Below the pieces are notes generated by a model. It made no database searches, was not told the DNA's origin, and saw only the letters and a list, made by a program, of their open reading frames with translations. DNA of 31,621 nt from Octopus sinensis (lineage: Eukaryota), in NCBI RefSeq assembly GCF_006345805.1, contig NW_021832159.1, forward strand, positions 1 to 31,621, read 5' to 3'. Positions 1 through 11,501 of this stretch are shown here, one piece after another. The first letter of the stretch is position 1; each line of letters opens with the position of its first letter. The position numbers and the translations under genes were made by a program.

Positions 1-360
1 GTGTTATGCAATATAGTTCTCTTTTAATAATAAATTACACGCACTGACGGCCTGTTTGTGTCCTTAATATGAATATTATTATTAATATATATATATATAC
101 ATTACACACATACATATATATATATAAATATACCTACACAATACACACACACACACACACACATACACACACACACACATATATATATATTATATATATA
201 TATATAGAAGATATATATATATATATAGATATATATATATTGTATATATAGATATATATATATATATATATAATTATATATATCTATATACATAAAGCCG
301 TTGGTCTCACCTCGACATTTTTCTTTAGATAGATCGCTAACCAAACCTTTTCCCTTCGAC

Positions 361-397
361 ACCATCACAACTACCACAACCAACACCAACACCACCG

Positions 398-430
<33 letters not shown>

Positions 431-819
431 GCTCCGCCATTACTACTACCACTACGACGACCACCAACACCACCATTGCTACTACTGCAACTACTAACAC
501 TACCACCGCCACTGCTTCTACTATTACTACTGTTACAACTACTACTGTTATTACCACTATTACCGCAGCCACTACTACTACTACTCTCCCTACTACTACC
601 ACAACAACCACCACTACTACTACCACTACAACTACCACTACTACTACTACTATTACTACTACCACAACAACAACCACTTCTACTACTACTACCACCACCA
701 CTACCACCACTACTACTACCACTACCACCACCATCACCACCGCCACCACCACCACCACTACTACTACTACTACCGCCATTATTACAACTACTACTACTAC
801 CACCACCACCACCACCACC

Positions 820-860
<41 letters not shown>

Positions 861-870
861 GACTGTTGTT
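361..870. repeat. Compound (ACT/ACC/ACA)n trinucleotide microsatellite
   Basis: Directly visible; it produces the poly-Thr/Val/Ser/Leu ORFs seen in most frames. Confidence 0.95.
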
Positions 871-883
871 AATAATAATAATC

Positions 884-980
884 GTTTCTACTACGAGCAC
901 AAGGCCAGCAATTTTGAGAGGATGCGGGAGGCAGACGAAGCTGATGGCATCGTCCTCAATGCTCGATGGGTGCTCAATAA
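884..980 (-). mobile_element. Degenerate 3' fragment of SINE family B (alternative tail)
   Basis: ttctactacgagcacaaggccagcaattttg matches ggcacaaggccagcaattttg at ~14750 and related tails at ~6520 and ~17505. Confidence 0.55.
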
Positions 981-1099
981 GGATATTGGGCTGAGGGTTA
1001 TGCTTCCCCCTTTTTTTTTTCGATAACGAAGCGATATCGATTAACGACGATGCTTGGTAGATTTACTAGTTTGATAAACTGCAATTAACTAAACTAAAC

Positions 1100-1163
1100 T
1101 AACTACTACTACTACTATCATCACCACCGCCACCACCACCACCACCACCACCACCACCACCGG

Positions 1164-1204
<41 letters not shown>

Positions 1205-1503
1205 ATACAACAGCAATTACTACTACTACTACTACCAGCCCCACCCCCACCAATACAACAACAGCAACTACTACTACTACTACTACTACTATAACTATCA
1301 CCACAGCGACCATCACAACTACAACTACTACCACCACCGCCGGTACTACTACTACTACTACAATACTACCACCACCACCAACACTACTACTACAATACTA
1401 CCACCAGCACTACTACTACTACTACTACTACTGCACTGACACTAACCGCGGTTATTGTTGTTGTTGTTGTTGTCACTATTACTAACATTATTATTATTAT
1501 TAT
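1100..1503. repeat. (ACT/ACC)n, (TTG)n and (ATT)n microsatellites
   Basis: Directly visible. Confidence 0.95.
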
Positions 1504-1504
1504 T

Positions 1505-1600
1505 TTTTCCATCGCTTTGGAGTCGATAAGATAAAGTACCAGTCATGTGCTAGGGGAAAAAAAGGTGAGCAATCTTTTTTTAGTCGACTAAGTCCCCCCA
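1505..1600 (+). mobile_element. Degenerate SINE family B core fragment
   Basis: gtcgataagataaagtaccagtcatgtgctagggg resembles the family B core gtcgataaattaagtaccagttacgcactgggg. Confidence 0.5.
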
Positions 1601-1700
1601 CCCCCACCGCCTCCCCACACTACCACTATTGGCTTTCTACCAAAAAAAATTTCAGACCGTTATTACTACTATTATTTGGTTTTCTTTATTCCTTTTCTTT

Positions 1701-1737
<37 letters not shown>

Positions 1738-2029
1738 ATAATAGTTACTACTACAACTACTATTTTGACAACACGTTTTATTCTACTCTACTACGAAAAC
1801 CTGTGACTATCACTCGCAGCAACCAACGCCCGTCTCCCGCTTTTTCGCGTTTTTTTTTTGTTTTTTTTATTTCTTTACTTTTACCCGTTTCTCGCCCCCC
1901 CCCCCCCCCATCATTCTTTACTATATTTATACCTCATGCTATCTCCCTTTCTAAATATGAGCCAACACACACCATCAGGGCCAACACCATCACCATTTTC
2001 GTTTACTGCTATTCCGTAGTAGTATTTCG

Positions 2030-2330
2030 CTCTCACTTACTCGCTGTCTTACTCACTCACACTTTCACTCACTCACTCACTCATTCACTCACTCACTCGC
2101 TCACTTCGTCAGGCATTCACTCACACACTTGCCCTATTTCCTCACACATTCACTCATTCACTCATACATTCACTCACGCACTCACTCACTCACTTCGGCA
2201 TTCATTTTACTCCCTCGCTCGATCACTCACTCATAACATTCACTCACTCACTCACTCACACATTTACTCACTCTCTCACTCTTTCACTCACTCACTCAGT
2301 CACTTACTCAAGCCCGTCATTCACTCAAAC
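2030..2330. repeat. Degenerate (CACT)n/(CATT)n tetranucleotide array, possibly inside a 5' UTR
   Basis: Directly visible. Confidence 0.9.
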
Positions 2331-2418
2331 ACCACCTCCCCCTCTCCCTCAGCACGATAGCTACCGCTACCAGGAGCACTACTATCACCATCACCATCAC
2401 CACCACCACCACCACACC

Positions 2419-2451
<33 letters not shown>

Positions 2452-2507
2452 ACTACTACACCTAGTTATTGCTCTTGTGGAAAATCTGGCGCAGTCGAGG
2501 CCTGCCT

Positions 2508-2597
2508 ATGACATCGTTAACTATGCTGAGGTTTTTAACGCAGAAACTAAAATCACAATCTATTAATGAGAGCCAGCCATACAATAATAACAGCCAG
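2508..2597 (+). CDS. Candidate first coding exon (MTSLTMLRFLTQKLKSQSINESQPYNNNSQ, phase-0 donor); product unidentified
   Basis: Unique-sequence island with in-frame ATGs at 2508 and 2523 and an open frame up to a near-consensus donor CAG|GTAAGA at 2597/2598. No downstream exon was identified. Confidence 0.5.
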
Positions 2598-2819
2598 GTA
2601 AGAGATAAAAACTCATCGCTGTTATTGTTTGTTATTGAATTCGTCCAAGATTATTGCTGTTGTTGTTCTTGTTGTTTATATTCATCTATTTAGTAATACC
2701 TGTTGGTTTATTTATTTACCTATTTATTTACTTTATTTACTTTTGGAAAGGGTATAGGACGGGATTCTTTTTTTTTTTTCGTGCAGGGTCTCGTATTTGT
2801 TTGTGTATGTTTGTAATGC

Positions 2820-2900
<81 letters not shown>

Positions 2901-3053
2901 GTATGTATAAGTACGTATTATGTATAAATATATATGTGTGTGGACATGATGTATATATTTGTTGTATATATACATACATATATACACATGTATACAAATA
3001 CATACATGTGGTGTGTATATGCATTTGTAAATTATACATATATAATTATACTT

Positions 3054-3092
<39 letters not shown>

Positions 3093-3139
3093 ATACTTAT
3101 AGTTATATTTTCTGTATCTGTACACATACATACATGCAT

Positions 3140-3188
<49 letters not shown>

Positions 3189-3352
3189 TATATAAGCACA
3201 TACATACACTCTCGCCACATACACACACATATATATATACGTACACACGTCCATGCATACATTCATACTTGCACACATGCATGCACACACATATACACAC
3301 ATACATACATACATACATACATACATACATACATACATACATACATACATAC
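2820..3352. repeat. (AT)n/(GT)n/(ATAC)n compound microsatellite block
   Basis: Directly visible. Similar blocks lie at ~80-290, 3660-3750, 3920-4080, 8480-8780, 9000-9230, 12900-13300, 15370-15720, 25880-26230, 26600-26935, 28360-28640 and 29460-30100. Confidence 0.95.
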
Positions 3353-3661
3353 AAACGTACACACTTTTTCACATTGTCTAAATCGACTGTCAGAATCCCG
3401 TTCTTTGTGTTGTAAAGTTTCTCCTTAATTTTTTCGAACGATTCTCTCGTGGCAAAATAATTCTGTGAATTATTCAACAATCGTTTATTATTATCATCAT
3501 TACTATTTCTAGTACGTATAACGATTACATTGACAAGTATTATTATGATCCATTTATACTTTTGATTACTTGGGTATCGGAAACGATAGCACGCCACAAC
3601 TTCCAGTTTTACCTCTGTATATCTCAGGTTCTATCCAATAACCCAGCTCTCTTTCTCTTTT

Positions 3662-3744
<83 letters not shown>

Positions 3745-4399
3745 GTCTATCTGTGTTTGTAGAATATATTTCATGTTTACAGATGATGTGGGTTCGTGTC
3801 CCTCGAGCAGCTTGGACTTGTGCTGTTCTAAGGCTTTTTCTTTTTCTTTCTGTAAACTTAATACTTACACGCTGTTATTTATAGTCTTATCTACTTCGAG
3901 TTCCATCGTTCCAAAGAAAATATACATACATAAATGCATGCATGCATGCATACACGTCTGCATGCTCACATACATACATACATACATACATACATACATA
4001 CATACATACATGTGTCCGTGCATACACATACATGCATGTGTGCATACATGCATGCATGTACACATGCATAAATAAATACATAGACGCTTGCATATATGGA
4101 CCCGTAAAGGTAACATAGACATTAGCAATAGCCGAATCGGTGGAGCACTAATGGTGTTTTGTTTTTCTTACTATGTGACTCAGTTAGTCTTAACTTAGTT
4201 TCGTATCAACCATGGAGGAAATCGGAGATTATCAAAATAAGCATACCGGTAATTCGATAAGATCGAAAAACCAATCAATCAATCATTTTTTTTTTTAACA
4301 CCCTTCTCCGCCACCCACGACCACCACTACCGACTCGCCCGTCACTTCCATCATTCTCCCCAGTCAAATCGGCACCGTGCATTTTGGACAAAATACCTT

Positions 4400-4575
4400 G
4401 CGGTGTATATCTTCCAGAATTTTACATGCTCTGATTTCAAATCCCGCCGTGGCCTCCCAGTCTTTCATTCCACACTCTCTCTCCCGGCTCCCACTGCCCC
4501 CACCCAACCCCAGGGGTCGGGAAATAGGGTAAAGCATCAAGAGTCCTATACTGTAAACGGTGGTATCGACTCCCT
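4400..4575 (+). mobile_element. Old degenerate SINE family B-like copy
   Basis: ctctgatttcaaatcccgccgtggcc...ctttcattcc...ggggtcgg resembles the family B B-box and core (ttctgagttcaaattccgccgaggtcgactttgcctttcatcc). Confidence 0.5.
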
Positions 4576-5093
4576 TCGATAGTCCAATGACTGTGGCCAT
4601 GCTGGAGCACCGCCATTATATATATTTATAAAAAAATTTGTTTACGTTAGTCTTCTTGTTGTTGTTGGTGTCCTCATTGTTGTGTTGGTTGATAGTACTG
4701 GTGACATTCTTTTGCAATATCATTAGCATCATCATCTATGATCATCGTTTTCTTTTTTTGTTTTGTTGTTGTCTTTCTTTTTGGTCATCGTCACCATCAC
4801 TATCATTATCATCATCAGCATCAGCATCATCATCATCTTCTTTCTCACCACCACCATCGAAAGTCATGGCCATGACGACCACTACCATCATCATCATCAT
4901 CGTCATCGTCTCTATCATCACCATCCATAATCACCATCATCATCATTTATCAGTTATTTCTTCAGTAAAGTACTTGAGTCTACTTGCAAAACGGATAAAA
5001 CAATAACAACAACAATAACCACCACCACCACCACTACAACCATCACCACTACTACTACTACTACTACTATTGCTACTCTAAAAAGAAAACAAT

Positions 5094-5340
5094 ATTCTTT
5101 TATTCTTTTACTTGTTTCAGTCATTTGACTGCGGCCATGCTGGAGCACCGCCTTTAGTCGAGCAAATCGACCCCAGGACTTATTCTTTGTAAGCCTAGTA
5201 CTTACTCTATCGGTTCTATATTACCGAACCGCTATGTTAAGGAGACGTAAACACACCAGCATCGGTTGTCAAGCGATGTTGGGGAGGGGGAGACAAACAC
5301 AGACACACAAACATATACACACACACATACATATACACAC

Positions 5341-5378
<38 letters not shown>

Positions 5379-5544
5379 CATATATACGACGGGCTTCTTT
5401 CAGTTTCCGTCTACCAAATCCACTCACAATGCTTTGGTCGGCCCGAGGCTGTAGCAGAAGACACTTGGCCAAGGTGCCACGCAGTGGGACTGAACCCGGA
5501 ACCATGTGGTTGGTAAGCAAGCTACTTACCACACAGCCACTCCT
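5094..5544 (-). mobile_element. tRNA-derived SINE family A, full length (octopus OR/OK-type)
   Basis: On minus: head aggagTGGCTGTGTGGtaag (A box)...GGTTCAGTCCC (B box), CORE-like cttgg(g/c)caagtgtctt, internal (TA)n(TG)n, and a tail ending gactgaaacaagtaaaaga. Near-identical to other copies in the window. Confidence 0.9.
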
Positions 5545-6019
5545 ACAAAAAAAAATAATAAATAAATAAAGTAAAACTTGCAAGTATGGTTGTTTTTGGC
5601 TTGCGGCCAGCCGAATTAAGAAACTGTTATTATTTTGATGCGTTGACGAGGAATTAGAGAGTTATAAATAATAACAACAGCGATGATGATGATGTAAGTA
5701 TGTGCAGTGGCTTGCAGAAAGTAAGTAAAACAACAGGTGATGTGGTGACGTTCATGCAAATTCGTTCTACAAACTAGTCAGTCACGTCTGGTGTGTTGTT
5801 CGCTCGTCGTATGCAGGATGGTGAAAGCATGGATTGACACGAACTTCTTTCTAGTCGTCCTCCTTACTATGAATTCGTAAAAGTGTAAGGCTTCCCCCCT
5901 ACAAAAGCACAGTCATCACCGACATCATCTCCAGCATCATCACCACCACCACCGCCGCCGTCGCTGCCAGCAGTGTCGTAGCCTAGCATAGCACTTAAAA
6001 GTAAACGATGGTATGTTTG

Positions 6020-6085
6020 CGTGGTTCCACCGTCTGCTAGAAATAGCAGCCAAATATCGTTCATATCACACCCTATATAGCTGTC
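6020..6085. repeat. Dispersed repeat family E (motif gcTAGAAATAGCAGCCAAAT...tcacaccc)
   Basis: The motif recurs at ~6887, 7018, 11281, 11800, 13406, 19127 and 29128, and inverted at ~17297-17335 and ~24645-24680. Confidence 0.7.
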
Positions 6086-6101
6086 CTCGTTATCCATCCA
6101 T

Positions 6102-6134
<33 letters not shown>

Positions 6135-6182
6135 ATCTATCTATCTATCTATCTATCATCTATCTATCTATCTATATATCTA

Positions 6183-6220
<38 letters not shown>

Positions 6221-6304
6221 TTATATATATATATTACATCGTTTTACAAATGCATAAACTGGAGGAGGAGAAGCACACTCTAAGATGTAGAGCAGTTAAT
6301 ATTA

Positions 6305-6481
6305 TAGTCGGGTAGGCCGGTTTATGGGGTTACCTTGAGTTTTTTGCTCATAAGGGGTTTAGACTTACGGCGAATAGGTCTCAAGCCAGAAGTGTTGGTG
6401 GGCCTGAAGATACGCCGTAAGGCAAAACCCCTAATGAGCGAGAAACTCAGGGTAACACTTTACACCGGCCTACCCCACTAT
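6305..6481. other. Long inverted repeat / fold-back (MITE or hairpin RNA)
   Basis: Arms 6305-6376 and 6410-6481 align without gaps at 60/72 identity; the spacer is itself partly self-complementary. Confidence 0.9.
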
Positions 6482-6513
6482 GATGTATGTATGTGTGTGT
6501 GTATGTGTGTGTA

Positions 6514-6668
6514 ATCCTTTAAGCACAAGGCTTGTAATTTGGGGGGGACGGGGCACTAGTCGATTACATCAACCGCGTTGGGCTTAAGTGGTAATTATTT
6601 CATTGACCCCCCAGAAGGGATAAAAAAGCAAAGTCAACCGCGACGTCATTTGAACTCAGAACGTAAAG
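6514..6668 (-). mobile_element. SINE family B, degenerate, 5'-truncated
   Basis: agtcgattacatc...gcaaagtcaacc...atttgaactcagaacgtaaag matches the 20006-20419 element. Confidence 0.8.
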
Positions 6669-7516
6669 GTGGACGAACATTGGCCGAGGTCGACTTTGTC
6701 TTTTCATCTTTTCGGGAATCAAGATGGAATTATCACAGCTGGAATGCTTTCGTTTGATCATAGGCCTGTCAAGTCAGTCACAGATCACCTGGGGTTAAAC
6801 TACAGCGAAATCACCGGCTACAAGCATTGTCGTAAGAAACATGAAGAAACAAACGGGGGAGTTTCTACGCCCGATCGTGCGAGTTGTTAGAAATAGCAGC
6901 CAAATCTTCAGAGCACACCAGATGGCCATGGTTTTAATCATCGCTTATCCTTGATCATAAATCTGACCTGGGTTTAAAGAACAACAACAGGCAGCATCCA
7001 CGTAGTCGCTTAACTTGCAAGAAATAGCAATAAAATCTCACTCAAAAGTCTTAAAAAGAAAGAAAAAAAAACTCAAATAAGTGGATGGATTAATTTGATC
7101 AAATAGTCTTAGAGATATATTCTCCGCAAAAAATAAATTGGCGTGATGGTCACGGTTGGGATGCCTTTCAGCGTAGTTCTCTGCTTGATCAGGTCGGCTT
7201 AGGAGATGCTAAATAAACAAACATAACCGTTATAGTGGTCGACGTTGATGCTTTTTGTTATGTCTGTTGTCAAACGGAGTTGCGTCTCGTCTGTTGTGAG
7301 ATTAGGGGCAACGTTGTTATGTCACATATTTACTTTTTGTCGCTGTTATTACTACATGCACTCTCTCTCCCCAAAACTCACACACACACACACATATTCA
7401 TACATACATACAATATATATATATATTTGAATGGCTTATAAACACCTTCCACGCTGCAATTGTTTCGTTCCAGCACACGATCTCAGATCAGATCACTTGC
7501 TATGCAAGTACATCTC

Positions 7517-7574
<58 letters not shown>

Positions 7575-8273
7575 TTTATAGGTGAACGATTTTGGATATT
7601 GAAAGCACGTGGTTGGATGTATAAAAAATAAAAAAAAGAGTGAAAAACTACAGAAGGCTTGTGTTATACGGTTAAAGTATATATTTAAGTCGATATGTTA
7701 GAAAAATGTTATAAAATTTTGTGTATAGTAACATAGTTTTTGGAGAAACATATATATATATATATTGTGTAAGATATAAGTTAGAGGTTATGCAACCATC
7801 TATGGTATAGATGTATCCATAAGGCACTCCACTATTATGGTCTTTGTTTAAGGAATACGGTAGTAGGTAATTTAAAGGTAAAACTGTGGTTTAATATATA
7901 TTCTAATTAAATAATGACTTTAAAACACCAATGATCCACTTCTCATTCTTAATTATTGTTCCATTTCTTATCGTCTCTGTCTCTCTCTCTATATATATCT
8001 GTGTGTATATATGTGTGTATATATGTATATGTACGTATTATAAATGCTTTTAAACGCCTAAATGCATTTATCGTTGCATTTGTACGTGGTTAGTGTATTT
8101 TCATACGCGAACCATGGAAATATAAACAAACACAGGCATATACATACACACGTGCTTATGTGCATGTATGCATGCATGCGTGCGTGTGCGCGCGCGCGAA
8201 CGCGTATCCAGCATGGCCGCAGTCTAGTCACTGAAACAAGTAAAAGAATAAAAGAATGCACACATGCACACAT

Positions 8274-8313
<40 letters not shown>

Positions 8314-8496
8314 CACACACACACATATATATATACCAGCATCAAGACTGTGCCCCAGCATGGTCGCTATATAATGACTGAAACATATATATTTATTTAT
8401 TTATTTTATTTTATTTTTTTATTTTATCTAGTTTCAGCTCACGAGCTGTGGCCATGCTGGGGCACCGCCATTCACATATATATATCATGTATACAA

Positions 8497-8626
8497 CATA
8501 TATATACGCATGTAAGCGTGTGTGTACATACACATGCAAACATGGTATATATATATGTATTTATCATGTATACCCGCGTATATATACGCATGTAAGCGTG
8601 TGTATACATACACATGCAACACATGG

Positions 8627-8640
<14 letters not shown>
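8497..8640. repeat. Two-copy local duplication of about 55 bp
   Basis: tatatacgcatgtaagcgtgtgt(g/a)tacatacacatgcaa(c)acatggtata occurs twice, about 83 bp apart. Confidence 0.85.
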
Positions 8641-8659
<19 letters not shown>

Positions 8660-9134
8660 ATTTATAAACTTATATACTATATATATATATAAACATATAT
8701 TATATATATATAAACGTATATATATATATATATATATACATACACACACTCACACGCACACACACCATATATATATATACTTACAAATACACGTACAGAT
8801 TTATGCAGACGCGTTAGAATGTGGGCGCACGCGCGTGTTCGAGCGTGTATTTGTGCTCTTCATTGCTGGGTATGCTAAATATTTTGGGTTGTACGCTGAT
8901 GAACCGGGAGTATGGTGGATTAGGTGCCAACTAATCAGAAAGTTTCCGGTCAGCGGTTCATTCCCGGTGCTAAAATTGGAACCGATTCCCCAGTGTATTT
9001 ATGTATAAATGTATGAATGTATATATATGTGTATGCATATATATATATATATGTATATGTATGGAATATCTATAGGTGTATGTATGCATGTATGTGTGAA
9101 CTAGCTATCTATCTGTCTGTCTGTCTGTCTATCC

Positions 9135-9199
<65 letters not shown>

Positions 9200-9797
9200 G
9201 GTGGATAGATGGATAGATGGATGGATGTTTTCAGAATCTTGGGATTCGACCCCTCTTATGAAGTAAAAAATCGGCACAGTTATATGTATGATAAAAACTC
9301 AGTACACACACACACACACTAAGTACACACACAGAGCACATACACATACACGGAGTCAACGAGAGAGAGAGCGTGCACGAGTCGCTCTATTTGCTAGATG
9401 TACCAGTTAAATCGTCTTAAACCAAGAGAAAAAATTACCAAAGACGTATATTGTAAAATGTAGTATTCTTAGCTACACAAGCTCAGCTAGGCCTGACCTG
9501 GGACCAAACCACAACATTTGTGTATATAATATACGCGTGTTGATGAAATTTATATATGAACGATTGCTGTTGCTGGCATACCAACGTTTTTTTTTTATAT
9601 GTATATACACGCTACGCATGTCTTTCCACAAACTTCGCGTCTTTGTTTCTCTATTTACATGGATTTACTCACATTTATATGTAAATGTAAATCTGGATGT
9701 GTGCGTGTGTGTGTGTATGTATAAATACGCATACGTATACATTCATACTTGCATATGATACATATACATATGCACATACGCATATATATATACATGC

Positions 9798-9849
<52 letters not shown>

Positions 9850-9850
<1 letters not shown>

Positions 9851-9995
9851 GGTAAACAGTAAAAAATTACACAGGCATGGACAAGAACATGAAACACCAC
9901 AGGGACGACACAAGAACCACAGGACGGGACATTCGAAGCCCTCAGTCATCAGTCAGAACCAAATCATCTTAGCAATTTCGGCTGATTAATCTTAT
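9850..9995 (-). mobile_element. Repeat fragment F, probably Penelope-like terminal repeat-derived
   Basis: Minus strand gccgaaattgctaagatgat...gagggcttcgaatgtcccgtcc matches + strand 15750-15815 (gccgaaattgcgaggataat...gagggcttcgaatgacccgtcc). Confidence 0.6.
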
Positions 9996-10124
9996 ATTAT
10001 ATATATAATTTATGTATGTATGCGAGGTTATGTATGTATGTATGTATGTATGTATGTATGTATGTATGTATGTATGTATGTATGTGCATACACACACACA
10101 TAACTAATCATTCGCCATGCTAGA

Positions 10125-10312
10125 TCGCTAGCCACAACACATTCTTTATTTTCTCTCCTTGTTTCTTTCTGTGTTCCTTTCTGTGGAAGAGCGTAGGCTC
10201 GAAACGCTAATGACTTTTTCACTTCCCGAGCGTTATAATAATACATCTGTTTGTTGTCTACACCACCTGTCTTCATCTTTGGTTTTTTTTTTTTTGTGTG
10301 AATTTTCCCTAT
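10125..10312 (+). mobile_element. Penelope-like terminal repeat remnant with a decayed minimal hammerhead
   Basis: 10181-10208: CTGTGGA-A-GAGC-gtag-GCTC-GAAA-CG-CT, the layout of PLE minimal hammerheads (CUGANGA-A-stem II-GAAA-CG-UH), followed by a T-rich tail. Confidence 0.55.
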
Positions 10313-10739
10313 AGGGAGGGAGAGAGAGAGATGCGTATATATATATGTATATATATACCTACCTACATACATATATATATATATATATATATACACTCGA
10401 TGCTTCATATTTGCGACATTTGCGTACAGTCGCAAATTCACTGCGAAGCTATATGCATATACGTACACAGCTATATGTATTTAATGCAACTAAACGTTAA
10501 ATATAAATATCTACAAACGTATAACACTCATTTATATACATATATCCATGCAATAAATCAACAACTGTAGGCTTTACACACATAAAATTCTACTCTTCTT
10601 TTTATTAATTTATTATCATTATTATTATTATTGTTGTTGTTGTTGTTGTTGTTGTTGTTATTATTATTATTATTTTTATATATTCGGCATAGTGCGACTT
10701 TCACCATATAAGTTAGAGGTATTTTTGACTACGTGAGTA

Positions 10740-10995
10740 CGCGATACTAAAAGCTAAACCTCCCATTGGTTGAAACCGGGGCCGCCATCATTTTTATTGA
10801 GCAATCATAGTAAACTGTGTCTCTTCACAGCGTAATCAACATTCTCATTCATAAAAATCCTCTCTCTCCCTTACTCTCTTTCACTTTCTCCCTCACTCCC
10901 TCTCGCGCTCTCTCTTTAAGCCAATGTATTGCGTAGTTTCGTTGGCCGATAACTGTACCAACCACGTCACATCGGCCCACCGTCCGATCGACCAA
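10740..10995. promoter_or_regulatory. Candidate promoter/enhancer island
   Basis: CpG-containing unique sequence with ATTGG (10765), YY1-like GCCGCCATCATT (10781), AGCCAAT (10919) and CCACGTCA (10962). Confidence 0.3.
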
Positions 10996-11169
10996 CCGAC
11001 CAGAGACTTTTTAACTATTTATTTATTTATTTTACTTTCATACTACTACTACTACTACTACTACTTTTTAAATATTTCATTCCACGTAACCCACCACCTC
11101 ATGTCATGCATGTCCTTGTATTGTATCTTCCCTCATCCGCCGTCCCGGTCGCAAAGAAGGGAATCGGCG

Positions 11170-11200
<31 letters not shown>

Positions 11201-11237
11201 TGTCGTCAACATCGTCGTCGTCGTTGTTGTTGTTGTT

Positions 11238-11450
11238 GTGAGTATAACGTAGGAACGCCTCAACGCGGTTCGCTTTTCGTGCTAGAAACAGCAGCCAAAA
11301 ACATTGAAACATTCCTGAAATTGCGCGTAACTCATCGCCTCCCACACCCTACCAAAAACAAACATGCACACACACACACACACACACACACACACCACAC
11401 CCACACCATACACCCACACATACACACACACCACACACCACACATACACA

Positions 11451-11501
<51 letters not shown>

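Noticed and set aside
301-1026. 241-aa poly-Thr 'mucin-like' ORF and overlapping poly-Val/Ser/Leu ORFs
   Set aside because: The trinucleotide repeat is open in several frames, there is no true ATG start, and the complex C-terminus is a SINE tail fragment.
3783-3885. Possible exon after tttacag
   Set aside because: The phase-0 frame ends in a stop with a low-information peptide, and no convincing donor was found on +.
5234-5569. Recurrent peptide RRASFSFRLPNPLTRLWSARG...GTEPGTMWLVSKLLTTQPL (also 16107, 28836, 30605)
   Set aside because: It is the antisense translation of SINE family A, not a gene family.
5640-5730. Two GTAAGT donor-like sites
   Set aside because: No supporting acceptor or credible open frame upstream; a non-coding exon cannot be excluded.
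7580-7970. Possible decayed retroelement coding fragment on minus
   Set aside because: Multiple stops and no recognisable motif.
8896-8990. C/D box snoRNA (TGATGA)
   Set aside because: No downstream CTGA D box or terminal stem; kept only as an unclassified structured island.
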